Below, one piece after another: positions 40,009 to 49,207 of a DNA stretch of 64,000 nucleotides (position 1 is its first letter; each line of letters starts with the position of its first letter). Made by a program: the position numbers and the translations under genes. Below the pieces are notes generated by a model that saw only the letters and a program-made list of their open reading frames with translations, searched no databases and was not told where the DNA came from. Location: sequence record MN091626.1; one strand, 5' to 3'.

Positions 40009-42081
40009 ATGAGTAGAATAATACTAAAGAAAAACAACTTGTCAGAAGAAAATATCAGTTTAAAGGAGGTTAAACGTTGGTTTAAGAAAGAAATAGATTT
40101 TAATCAACCATCTAAAATGATAAATGATAAAAATTATGTAAATAATGTAAATAATCTTTTTGATGGTGTTATTAATATTATGAAAGAAAATAAAATAACA
40201 GATACAATGTTTAGATTTATTTCCAATGATAATAATGAAGATATTAGAAATATTTTTATTATTTATTCAATTGATAGTATTCCTTTTGTTACTAGAGTAT
40301 ATGGACCAAAAATGAATCTTAAAGATAAAAATAGTGATGTAAATGTAGATGCATTACTAAAATTTATTAAATCAAGTATCATTGACAATTTAATGATTTA
40401 CAAATTTTATAAAACTACAGATTTTAGTTTCCATAAAAAACTAAGCAGTTTCGGTAATTATGAAAGAAATACATTATACGATTTAATTGCTGAAATTAAT
40501 AAAGATTCTATTATTGCAGCATATAAAGAATTAAGTGTAGATAATTTAGGTAGTTATTTAATTTCATTAGACAATGAGGAGCTACTAAATAAATCTTATG
40601 ACGCAATTAATTATTTTGATTTACTAATGGATGCTAATATAAATGTTAGAAGTAAAGAAGGTAAATTGATTCAAAAGATTGACAGAAATGATATATTTTC
40701 AAATAGAACATATTCTGAAGTGTTCACATTTAGTCAACGTTCAGATTATTATTTCGCTAGTAATCCATTATTCAATATTCCAAAAGTAAGTGATGTAAGG
40801 GATGATACTAGAGTAGATTTATTTATATGTACAAATGGAAAAGAACAAAAAATAAGAGATACAAGTGTCTTAACTAGAGAAAATTTATATTTCAATCCAT
40901 TTAGACAACGATTCTTGTCAGTTAGCTATGAACATCCTATTAGAGAGACATTAATATATGATTTATTCTTAAGTTTCTTCGGTATAGAAAATATTGAAAA
41001 TACTTTAAAAAGATTTACATTTGAACTTCTTCAAGGTGTTTATTCAGGAATATATTCTAAAGGGAATGTTAATGAAGTTACTTCAAAATCATATTTATTA
41101 AATTCAGAAAATAAACGTGGATATACTAAGAAGAAGAAAAATGAGTATCCATTAAAAATGAACATATCAGAAACGTTAAGCACTAGTACTCATATAGTAG
41201 GATATACTTTATTCAATAACTTCTTATTTGAATATATACAATCAAGTAATAAAACTATAAAACTTGATGATTTCAATGTTATAAAATTAATGAAATTCAT
41301 TACTTTTGAAAATAATAACACTGATTTTAATGAAGATATTAAAAATGTCTTTACGTCAAGAAAAGATATATTTAATGGTAATAAACGTATTAATACATCT
41401 TCGCATAGATATACAAATCTAAAACTAGGTTTAGAATCTTCATTAAATACAATATTTAATGAGGATAAAAATTATATTGATGCATTTACTAATCAATATC
41501 AAAATATAATTGAAGGAAAATATGCATTTTCTAAACCTGAAAAAGAAAGTATTATTGAAATCAATAATGAAGATGAATTAAAAGAAATGCAGGAAGAAAT
41601 TAAATCAAAAGATTCTAATATAGAATATGTAGAAGAAACTAAAAATGATAAAAAAGAGGAGAAATTAAATATGTCATATCAAATTATTAAAGAAAATAAA
41701 TTTACTAAGGATGTATCATTTAAATATGCAGGTTCTACGCATAGAATTGATAAAATTCGTAAAGGTGATATTGAATTAGAAATTGCTAAACGTAAATTAT
41801 TCATTAATAAATTAATTAATGATAATACTAAATTTGCTTTCGTAGATAGCGTAGAGTTCTCGGATAGTCATACTATTAAAGTTACTAATATTGATGGTGA
41901 AGTTCAATTTGTTAGTGATTATGTTGATGTTCTTGAAGGTACAGATACTTTAGAAGAAATTAGAATTAAAGTTACTAATAAAGATTTAGATAGTGATGAA
42001 AATTTAGTTAAATTAATTACTGGTGAAGAAACTGATGTTAATTCTTTAGATGAAGAAATCTTAGATTCATTCATGGTTTAA
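40009..42081 (+). CDS. Large hypothetical early protein
   Basis: 690 aa, AGGAG SD, no recognisable motif. Confidence 0.8.
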   Translation: MSRIILKKNNLSEENISLKEVKRWFKKEIDFNQPSKMINDKNYVNNVNNLFDGVINIMKENKITDTMFRFISNDNNEDIRNIFIIYSIDSIPFVTRVYGPKMNLKDKNSDVNVDALLKFIKSSIIDNLMIYKFYKTTDFSFHKKLSSFGNYERNTLYDLIAEINKDSIIAAYKELSVDNLGSYLISLDNEELLNKSYDAINYFDLLMDANINVRSKEGKLIQKIDRNDIFSNRTYSEVFTFSQRSDYYFASNPLFNIPKVSDVRDDTRVDLFICTNGKEQKIRDTSVLTRENLYFNPFRQRFLSVSYEHPIRETLIYDLFLSFFGIENIENTLKRFTFELLQGVYSGIYSKGNVNEVTSKSYLLNSENKRGYTKKKKNEYPLKMNISETLSTSTHIVGYTLFNNFLFEYIQSSNKTIKLDDFNVIKLMKFITFENNNTDFNEDIKNVFTSRKDIFNGNKRINTSSHRYTNLKLGLESSLNTIFNEDKNYIDAFTNQYQNIIEGKYAFSKPEKESIIEINNEDELKEMQEEIKSKDSNIEYVEETKNDKKEEKLNMSYQIIKENKFTKDVSFKYAGSTHRIDKIRKGDIELEIAKRKLFINKLINDNTKFAFVDSVEFSDSHTIKVTNIDGEVQFVSDYVDVLEGTDTLEEIRIKVTNKDLDSDENLVKLITGEETDVNSLDEEILDSFMV

Positions 42082-42187
42082 TAAAATTAATAAATGCTAA
42101 AAACTTTTTAGTTATCTATTAAAATGAAGAGAGTTCAAATACTCTCTTCTTTATTTTTTTTTATAACTTTTAGGGATGTGAATAAGA

Positions 42188-42802
42188 TTGATAGACTTTA
42201 AAAAAATGCTTAAAGAGAATTCTAGGAACATAGAAATTTATTGTGATGGAGCAATTAAAGGTGTTAGATCAAAAGGAACTAAATATGGTGGTATTGGAAT
42301 TATTCCAGTTCAAGAAGATTTATTTGATTATCTATCTATACCTTACATAGGAGAAGATCTAACTAATAATAAATTAGAAATTTTGGCTGTACTATTCACT
42401 ATATTATTCTCATTAGAAGTTTCTCAAGATTATAAAGGTAAAACAAATATTAATATAAAGTCTGATAGTGAATATACTGTTGATGGATATAATACAAATT
42501 TAGATAAATGGATAAATAAAGGATGGAAAAACTATTCAGGTGCTGAAGTTAAGAATAAAGAATTATGGCAGTTAATGGAAAGAATTAAATATTATTTAAA
42601 TAGAAACAGAAATAAGTATTATGTAAATTTACAATGGACTAAAGGACATGATAATGAAAAATATAATGAATTAGCAGACGAATATGCGGTTAAAGCTAAA
42701 ATGGAAGCATATGAAGACAATGATAGTGCTTTTTCTATAGATTATGCTATTGATAAAGCTGATAAATTTATAACTAAATTAGAAAAGAAAGAGGTATTGT
42801 AA
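42188..42802 (+). CDS. rnhA: Ribonuclease HI
   Basis: IYCDGA, TNNKLEILA, SDSEY, GWK..VKNKELW, WTKGH..NELAD. Confidence 0.92.
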   Translation: MIDFKKMLKENSRNIEIYCDGAIKGVRSKGTKYGGIGIIPVQEDLFDYLSIPYIGEDLTNNKLEILAVLFTILFSLEVSQDYKGKTNINIKSDSEYTVDGYNTNLDKWINKGWKNYSGAEVKNKELWQLMERIKYYLNRNRNKYYVNLQWTKGHDNEKYNELADEYAVKAKMEAYEDNDSAFSIDYAIDKADKFITKLEKKEVL

Positions 42803-43357
42803 ATGGCAACTAAAATAGATTTTAATAATGAAGACGATTATAATGATGTATTAAATATAAATGATTGGAACAGGCTATGTATGGACTTCTGTATTAGATC
42901 TGCTAGTATTAGTAAATGTGCTGCCAAACAAGTTAGTTCAATTGTAGCTGATAAAGATTCTATATTCTCTCTTGGAGTAAATGGTTCTTTTCCGGGTAAA
43001 CTAAATTGTAATGAAATATTTAAAAAAGAAGATGGAATTTGGTACGTAAAAGATCTTAATGAAGAAACTAATTTAATTGAATGGGTTAAATGTGAAGATC
43101 AAGAACAACATCATAAATGGTCTTTATTAAATGAAGTTCATGCTGAAATAAATGCTTTATCTAAAATGAATAAAAAAGGTATTTCTACTGAAGGGTTAGA
43201 CTTATATTGTACTCACTCACCATGTTATAATTGTGCTAAAAGTATAATTGCTGCTGGAATTAAAAATGTCTATTTTAATGAATTATATGATGGTTATGAA
43301 GATGTTATGGAATTATTAGTTTCAAATAATGTTAACTTCATTAAAGTGGAGGTCTAG
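42803..43357 (+). CDS. dCMP deaminase
   Basis: HAEINAL and PCYNC zinc motifs. Confidence 0.9.
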   Translation: MATKIDFNNEDDYNDVLNINDWNRLCMDFCIRSASISKCAAKQVSSIVADKDSIFSLGVNGSFPGKLNCNEIFKKEDGIWYVKDLNEETNLIEWVKCEDQEQHHKWSLLNEVHAEINALSKMNKKGISTEGLDLYCTHSPCYNCAKSIIAAGIKNVYFNELYDGYEDVMELLVSNNVNFIKVEV

Positions 43358-43361
43358 AATT

Positions 43362-43541
43362 ATGTCTTGGTTACCTCTATCAATATTTATATTTATAGGA
43401 ATATTACTTATTTTATCAACAAATGAAACAAAAAGAATGGTAAGAACTGAAAAATTGAAAGAAGAAAAAGATTATTTAAAAAGACAAAGATTTAATAATT
43501 TAAGGACTAGTCAAAGAAAGCGAGGAAAAAGTAGATGTTAG
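43362..43541 (+). CDS. Small membrane protein
   Basis: GGAGG SD then MSWLPLSIFIFIGILLILS; start revised from 43329. Confidence 0.55.
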   Translation: MSWLPLSIFIFIGILLILSTNETKRMVRTEKLKEEKDYLKRQRFNNLRTSQRKRGKSRC

Positions 43542-44026
43542 ATAATGTAATTATACTTAGTGCTTTATCCATAGCATTCTTTTTAACTACTTTAACATTT
43601 ATATTTCTAACAATTCATTTTAGAAAAGAATTAGTTAAAAATGTTAAAATGAATAAAAATTATAGAGATAAAATAGCTATTTTAGAAAAGCAAACAACTG
43701 GAAAAGATGTACTAGATTCATTAAATTCTATGATCGATGAGTTTTTAAAACCTACTTATGATTTAACTATAGAAGAAACATACATGGATTTAAAATTAGA
43801 CAATCCTCTAGTTTCAACTAGAAATATAACTATATCTGAACAAAGAAAAAATGTTATACTTGAAGATGTATTTGAGAAATTCATGAATTATTTATCCGAT
43901 GATTTTAAAAATAAATTGTCTTTAATATATAAGGAAGATGAAATAGAAAATATTGTACTAGATATAATGTACTATAAATTAACTGTATATATTAAAGAAC
44001 GTAACGAGCTACAAAAAAATTCTTAA
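43535..44026 (+). CDS. Membrane-anchored hypothetical protein
   Basis: N-terminal hydrophobic helix, GAGG SD. Confidence 0.7.
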   Translation: MLDNVIILSALSIAFFLTTLTFIFLTIHFRKELVKNVKMNKNYRDKIAILEKQTTGKDVLDSLNSMIDEFLKPTYDLTIEETYMDLKLDNPLVSTRNITISEQRKNVILEDVFEKFMNYLSDDFKNKLSLIYKEDEIENIVLDIMYYKLTVYIKERNELQKNS

Positions 44027-44032
44027 AAATAT

Positions 44033-44062
44033 CCCCTAACCTTATTAATTTAAGGTTAGGGG
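44033..44062. terminator. Bidirectional terminator, CCCTAACC family
   Basis: CCCCTAACCTTA-TTAATT-TAAGGTTAGGGG between convergent genes. Confidence 0.75.
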
Positions 44063-44077
44063 TTTATATTATTTTTT

Positions 44078-44845
44078 TTATAATAAAACATTTATTAAAT
44101 CTGTTAAAAATCTCAATTGATTTTTATAAGATAAATCTTCAATTCTTACTTCTTCATCAATATCATCTTCAATATACATTTCCAATGTATCCATTTCAAT
44201 GATATATTTATTTTCAATTATATCTTTATAATAACCAGAAGTTAAATTATAATTAATCATATTATCTTTAAATAATAAAAGTTTCTTATACAAATCCATT
44301 TTATCTTTCTTTTTATCTTCCCAAAGACACTCTATTAAAAATTTAAACATGTAATCCATATGATGTTCCTTAACACCATTTTGATAACCTTTTACATCTA
44401 TTTTATTTTGATATAAGTTTATATAGTGTTCTTTACCTAATACATTTATATAATTATCATACTCTTCACTTTCAGCAAATCTAACATGTTTTGATATCTT
44501 TAAATTATTACATTTCTTACCAATAACAAATATAGCATCTTTTTTAATACTTAAAATATCACTATCTTTAAGATTATTATTCTCTATAAAGATTTTTCTA
44601 GCTATCTTAAAACCATTCATTAAAACTTCATTCATTTTTTTATTACTTCTCAACATTTTACCAATAATAACATTTCTTTCATATTTCTGAGTATTTCTTA
44701 ATTTATTATATTGTTCTTCATTAAGATAACCTGAATCATATAATATATTCATACCAGCTGATTTAATATCATATTCAGTAATTACAGTATCTTTAATATA
44801 TCTTACGTCTGATGTGTAATTAGTTTTCATGTATAAATTAGACAC
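44078..44845 (-). CDS. Small polymerase-palm-like protein
   Basis: ITEYDIKSAG (motif A-like) and LSIKKDAIFVI (motif C-like). Confidence 0.45.
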   Translation of the reverse strand: MSNLYMKTNYTSDVRYIKDTVITEYDIKSAGMNILYDSGYLNEEQYNKLRNTQKYERNVIIGKMLRSNKKMNEVLMNGFKIARKIFIENNNLKDSDILSIKKDAIFVIGKKCNNLKISKHVRFAESEEYDNYINVLGKEHYINLYQNKIDVKGYQNGVKEHHMDYMFKFLIECLWEDKKKDKMDLYKKLLLFKDNMINYNLTSGYYKDIIENKYIIEMDTLEMYIEDDIDEEVRIEDLSYKNQLRFLTDLINVLL

Positions 44846-44916
44846 TGCAATTACCTCCTCTATAATATTTTAATAAACCAATTACTATTTAAAAATACAT
44901 TAGCTAAGCAATTCAT

Positions 44917-45051
44917 TTATAATCCTCCTATATAATCATCGCCAGCCTCTTTACTAATTTCATATTCTCTCTCAATATCTTCTTCTGATTTACCTTGTAA
45001 TCCTTCTGCAACTTCACCATATTCATCAAGTAAAAAATCTAAAAATCCCAT
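44917..45051 (-). CDS. Small acidic protein, 44 aa (not in ORF track)
   Basis: GAGGAGG SD; MGFLDFLLDEYGEVAEGLQGKSEEDIEREYEISKEAGDDYIGGL. Confidence 0.55.
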   Translation of the reverse strand: MGFLDFLLDEYGEVAEGLQGKSEEDIEREYEISKEAGDDYIGGL

Positions 45052-45095
45052 TATAAAACCTCCTCAAAATTGTAATCTAATTATCTTCGTAAATT

Positions 45096-45656
45096 TTAAT
45101 TCTTAACAAAGTTATGTTTCATCAATGTCTTAATAAATTCTTTATTAGTTAACCAATCTCCAGTATTATTAACTACTTCAAGATCAGTTACTTCATCTAA
45201 ATCTTTCTTTTCTTTCTCTAAATCTTCTTTATTTCTTCCTTCACGTTTAACTTGATTCTTTTCATTAACTACTTGAATAGTAATAATGTCAGAATCTTCA
45301 CCATATTTCTCTTTAATATCTCTTACAGAAGCATCTCTACCTTCTCTATTTACAATAATAATATTTACATTATAAATACCATTTTGCGGATATTCTAAAC
45401 TTTGATCAATTGTACCGTAATAATTTTCATAGAAATTAGTCTTAGCTATTAAATTACCTTTCATACCATCATATTCTTCTTTATTTAAGAATACATAATC
45501 TACTCCATTTTTCTCATCTTCTCTTTGCTTTCTAGTAGTTACTTGATCTAATTTTTTAAAGAATAAATGCGGATATTCCTTTTGATCTGATAAATTATTT
45601 GCCAATACAGTTTTTCCTGAACCTGATACACCACATAATAAGATAAATTTTTTCAT
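45096..45656 (-). CDS. gmk: Guanylate kinase-like protein
   Basis: P-loop GVSGSGKT, QVTTRKQREDEKNGVDYVF, YYGT. Confidence 0.8.
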   Translation of the reverse strand: MKKFILLCGVSGSGKTVLANNLSDQKEYPHLFFKKLDQVTTRKQREDEKNGVDYVFLNKEEYDGMKGNLIAKTNFYENYYGTIDQSLEYPQNGIYNVNIIIVNREGRDASVRDIKEKYGEDSDIITIQVVNEKNQVKREGRNKEDLEKEKKDLDEVTDLEVVNNTGDWLTNKEFIKTLMKHNFVKN

Positions 45657-45732
45657 AACTAGAAACGACCTCCAAATTTTATTATCTAATATTATTTGGT
45701 TTTCTATATTTTTTAGAAAAATTCGTTATAAA

Positions 45733-46464
45733 TTATGATTTAATTCCATCAGATTCTCTTAATTTATCAATTAATTCTATAAATTCATTGTATTTCTTAT
45801 CTACAATTTTAAGATAATTATATTGAGAATTAGAAGCAACTTCATCTTTTTTCTTTTCTTTTAATTCATCACGTTTTTGGTAGTGATTATTTTTACCTTT
45901 AATTTCTATTAATAAATTAAAATCAGGAAGATAAAAATCAGGCATGTAGAAATGTTTCTTATTAGCAAACGTATAAGGAATAGCTATATTAGAAGGAGAT
46001 AATACATTATTAGATTTAAAATCCATTTGTTTATCTAAGAATTCTAAGAAATCTTTTTCATAAGATCCGACATATTGAGTAGGTAAACCTTTGCCAGAAC
46101 TCCAATGATATTTGCCTGAAATTCTTCTATTTTCTAACATTTTATTTTGCATTTCAGGGTCATTTAATAAAGTAGTCTTACCGTATTTTTTATTCATTCT
46201 ATCTTTAAATTGTTGTCTATATTTATCTTTACATACTTTATCATGTACACGTTCATACTTTTCAGTTTGTTCATTAAATTTAGTAGGTTTACCGCATATA
46301 ATGCACGTACCATGAGTTTTCTTATTTCTGAAATTAAAATATACATTAGCTGCAGATAATTCACCTAATTCTTTTTCATGAAATTTCTCCATATGATTAT
46401 AAAGACCTTTTTTATCTACATATTTCTTTGTACAGAATGGACATTTATGATATTTTGTAGCCAT
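45733..46464 (-). CDS. Zinc-finger PD-(D/E)XK nuclease, TnsA/T4 gp4 head-completion-like
   Basis: C2H2 finger, YVGSYE, IPY..HFYMPDF..IEIKG; late promoter. Confidence 0.65.
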   Translation of the reverse strand: MATKYHKCPFCTKKYVDKKGLYNHMEKFHEKELGELSAANVYFNFRNKKTHGTCIICGKPTKFNEQTEKYERVHDKVCKDKYRQQFKDRMNKKYGKTTLLNDPEMQNKMLENRRISGKYHWSSGKGLPTQYVGSYEKDFLEFLDKQMDFKSNNVLSPSNIAIPYTFANKKHFYMPDFYLPDFNLLIEIKGKNNHYQKRDELKEKKKDEVASNSQYNYLKIVDKKYNEFIELIDKLRESDGIKS

Positions 46465-46504
46465 TATTAATTTTCACCGTTCTTTCATTATCATTATTTA
46501 AGTA

Positions 46505-46516
46505 TAAATGCTTGTT
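46505..46516 (-). promoter_or_regulatory. Putative late promoter AACA-N6-TA
   Basis: AACA-AGCATT-TA. Confidence 0.65.
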
Positions 46517-46643
46517 TCTATTGTTTTGTTATAAAAAATTAAGAACGCATTTATTTATAAATATAATATTATATAGTACATTAATTGAAAGTTGGTGATA
46601 GCTAATCGCTAATAAAAAGAAACATTTTAGAAATGAAATATTC

Positions 46644-47045
46644 ATGGCTCAAAATATCTATAATCGTCAACATATGTTAGAAGATATGGAAGCTATGGGT
46701 CAAACAATCCAGAATTTAATTATAATGAAAAAAGGAACTTATCCTAATACTCCAAATTTAGGAGTAGGAATAGAAGATTATTTATTTGAAATACTAGATA
46801 ACGAAACTATATCTGATATTACTAGTAATATTAATAATCAGATAAGTCAATATATAGTATCTTCTTCTGTTAATATAGATGTTAAAGTAATACAATTAAA
46901 AAATAGTAATGCAAATTTAAATAGTTTAAAAATTGACGTTACATTATCAGATACAATTGATATTTCTAACGTACAAAGTTTTTCTTATGTGTTTGCGGCT
47001 AATATGTTAACTAGGAAAATGGTAACTAAACTTGTCTTAAGCTAA
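46644..47045 (+). CDS. Baseplate wedge protein (T4 gp25-like)
   Basis: IQNLIIMKKGTYPNTPNLGVGIEDYLFE. Confidence 0.75.
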   Translation: MAQNIYNRQHMLEDMEAMGQTIQNLIIMKKGTYPNTPNLGVGIEDYLFEILDNETISDITSNINNQISQYIVSSSVNIDVKVIQLKNSNANLNSLKIDVTLSDTIDISNVQSFSYVFAANMLTRKMVTKLVLS

Positions 47046-47087
47046 GACTTTAAAAATAATAAAAGAAAAGAATGGAGAAATAGATAA

Positions 47088-48602
47088 ATGGTAAAAAAAG
47101 CAGATAACAATGAACTTAATGATTTTATGTCTGAAGAAGAATTAAATGAAGTTAGTCAAGGTTCTTCTAATAATGATGAGAAACAAGAACAGAAACAAAG
47201 TACTCAAAAACAACAACATAATAAAAATAATCAAGGTAATAAAAAGAAAAATAACAATCGCAGAAGAAATAATAATAATAAACATAATCAACAAGATAAG
47301 AAACAAAATCAAAATAGCAAATCAGCAATTCCAACTCAAAGAAACAAAGACAATCAAACTATGATGAGTGCTAGTGTTGATAGTGATAATCAACAAGAAC
47401 AAGCTAAAACAGATCATATCAATCCAGAAGGTCCTCAACCAGGCGAAGGTTTTGTTGACTATGAAAACTTAACTTCATATGGATTTAATGAAGGAAAATC
47501 AAATGAAGATACTTCTAGCATGACATTATCTGATTTTGAAGAACAACAAGAACAAAAAGCTAAAAAAGATTATGAAAATCAAAAAGCTATTAGTGAAATT
47601 GAAAGTATTAGCAGTGATGAAAGAGCTAATCTATTAAATAATATTAATGTAGATTTAGATAATATTGAAATTATTTCTGACATTGATTATGATATTGATA
47701 AAGAAAACACTAATTTCGTATTAAATAGTAAAGCAACTCATCAAGTTGTATTACCACAATCAGCATACATTGCTCATATGGAAAGTTTACGTAACCAAGA
47801 GATTTTATCTATTGCTGAATCTATTGATGATGATTACAATGCAATGTTAAAACGTTACCAATTATACTTCCACAAAATGAATACAAATTCATTAGGAATT
47901 AATAACTTCCAAGATTTCGCTAGATTAACTTCTGTATATGATGTTAGTACTATTGAATACGGATTATACAATATTTCATTCCCTGGTGAAACTAAATTTG
48001 ATATTAGATGTGGTAGCTGTAAAGCTGAATTAAAAGACGTTAAAGTTTCTAATGATCAATTAATGTCATTTAAAGATGAAGATGCTTTCGATCATGTTAC
48101 TAAAAATGTTAAGAATATCACTAGTGTTGATGAAAATAAAGAACACTCATTAATTTATACTGAACAACGTATTGCTTTAAGAGATTCTAAAATTATCTTT
48201 GAAATTGTAACACCTACTATTGAAAAACACTTAAGAGTTTTAGGTAGTATCCATATGGACGGTTTAACTGAAGATGAATCAGAAAGATTTAAACAAAATG
48301 CCACAGCTTTAATGCATGTTAAAAATGTTTATATCCCTGACTTAAAAACACTTAAAGAAGGACAAAAACCTAAGTTCCGTAAATTAAGTGAAGATAACAT
48401 GAAAGATAAAATGAAAATTATTGAAAATCTTTCTATTCGTGATGGACATCAATTAACTGATGCTATTTATGATCGTGTTAATAAACATGCTATTGAATAT
48501 GCTATTAAAGGTGCAAACTGTCCTAATTGTGGAGAAGATTTAGGTAAGATTGATATTGACATGAGTGAAATGCTTTTTCGGGAAGCGCTGCATTTGGTTT
48601 AG
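47088..48602 (+). CDS. Baseplate hub assembly protein (T4 gp26-like) with N-terminal low-complexity extension
   Basis: IRCGSC and NCPNCG zinc pairs; next to gp25-like gene. Confidence 0.55.
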   Translation: MVKKADNNELNDFMSEEELNEVSQGSSNNDEKQEQKQSTQKQQHNKNNQGNKKKNNNRRRNNNNKHNQQDKKQNQNSKSAIPTQRNKDNQTMMSASVDSDNQQEQAKTDHINPEGPQPGEGFVDYENLTSYGFNEGKSNEDTSSMTLSDFEEQQEQKAKKDYENQKAISEIESISSDERANLLNNINVDLDNIEIISDIDYDIDKENTNFVLNSKATHQVVLPQSAYIAHMESLRNQEILSIAESIDDDYNAMLKRYQLYFHKMNTNSLGINNFQDFARLTSVYDVSTIEYGLYNISFPGETKFDIRCGSCKAELKDVKVSNDQLMSFKDEDAFDHVTKNVKNITSVDENKEHSLIYTEQRIALRDSKIIFEIVTPTIEKHLRVLGSIHMDGLTEDESERFKQNATALMHVKNVYIPDLKTLKEGQKPKFRKLSEDNMKDKMKIIENLSIRDGHQLTDAIYDRVNKHAIEYAIKGANCPNCGEDLGKIDIDMSEMLFREALHLV

Positions 48603-48868
48603 TAACAACGACCAACTCCAAGCAGTATAGAAAAAAGGTCTTTGATGATGCAGCGTATATAGCATATTTGCTTGATTTATTTGAAGGACGTTTATCTTTT
48701 AATGAAATTCTTAATATGGAATTAAATATATTAAATTCTATGGTTAAAGCCAAAGAAAAAGAAATGAAAAATAAACGTATGCAACAACAAAAATTAGAAT
48801 CTGCTCAAAGAAGAGATTTTAATAATGGAATGCCTAAAGTAGAACTACCAAGACATTTAAATAATTAA
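48569..48868 (+). CDS. gp51-like small ORF in -1 frame, possibly reached by frameshift
   Basis: Frame open from 48569, overlapping end of previous gene; tracked TTG start at 48668 lacks SD. Confidence 0.45.
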   Translation, partial: NAFSGSAAFGLVTTTNSKQYRKKVFDDAAYIAYLLDLFEGRLSFNEILNMELNILNSMVKAKEKEMKNKRMQQQKLESAQRRDFNNGMPKVELPRHLNN

Positions 48869-48896
48869 AAAAGAAATGAAAGGAGCTGACTATTGA

Positions 48897-49190
48897 TTGG
48901 TTACTAATACTAAAGATAGTCAGAAAATCCTTCATATTTATGATTCTCTTGTTGAAGATGATGATAATATTTTATCATCTCTATGTCATTCTAATAAAGG
49001 TTTAGTATTTGTAAATCTTTTATATGACCTAGATTATAAAATTAAAGAAGGATTTTCTAAGAACTATAATGAATTTGATTACATTATTTTGGAAACAGAA
49101 GATAAAGAAAAATTAAAAGAAAAAGTTTCATATATAAAAAATTTAAAATTTGAAGACAACAAGAATAGTATAAGAATTTCAATTGTATAA
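48897..49190 (+). CDS. Hypothetical protein
   Basis: AAGGAG SD, 97 aa. Confidence 0.65.
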   Translation: MVTNTKDSQKILHIYDSLVEDDDNILSSLCHSNKGLVFVNLLYDLDYKIKEGFSKNYNEFDYIILETEDKEKLKEKVSYIKNLKFEDNKNSIRISIV

Positions 49191-49207
49191 AGTGAGGTCT
49201 AAAAAGA

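Noticed and set aside
40009-42081. Chimallin (phage nucleus shell) assignment
   Set aside because: Only size and early expression fit; no recognisable sequence support
45733-46464. TnsA-like nuclease as evidence of a Tn7 transposon
   Set aside because: No tnsB/C/D or terminal repeats; late promoter and motif spacing fit a T4 gp4-like protein
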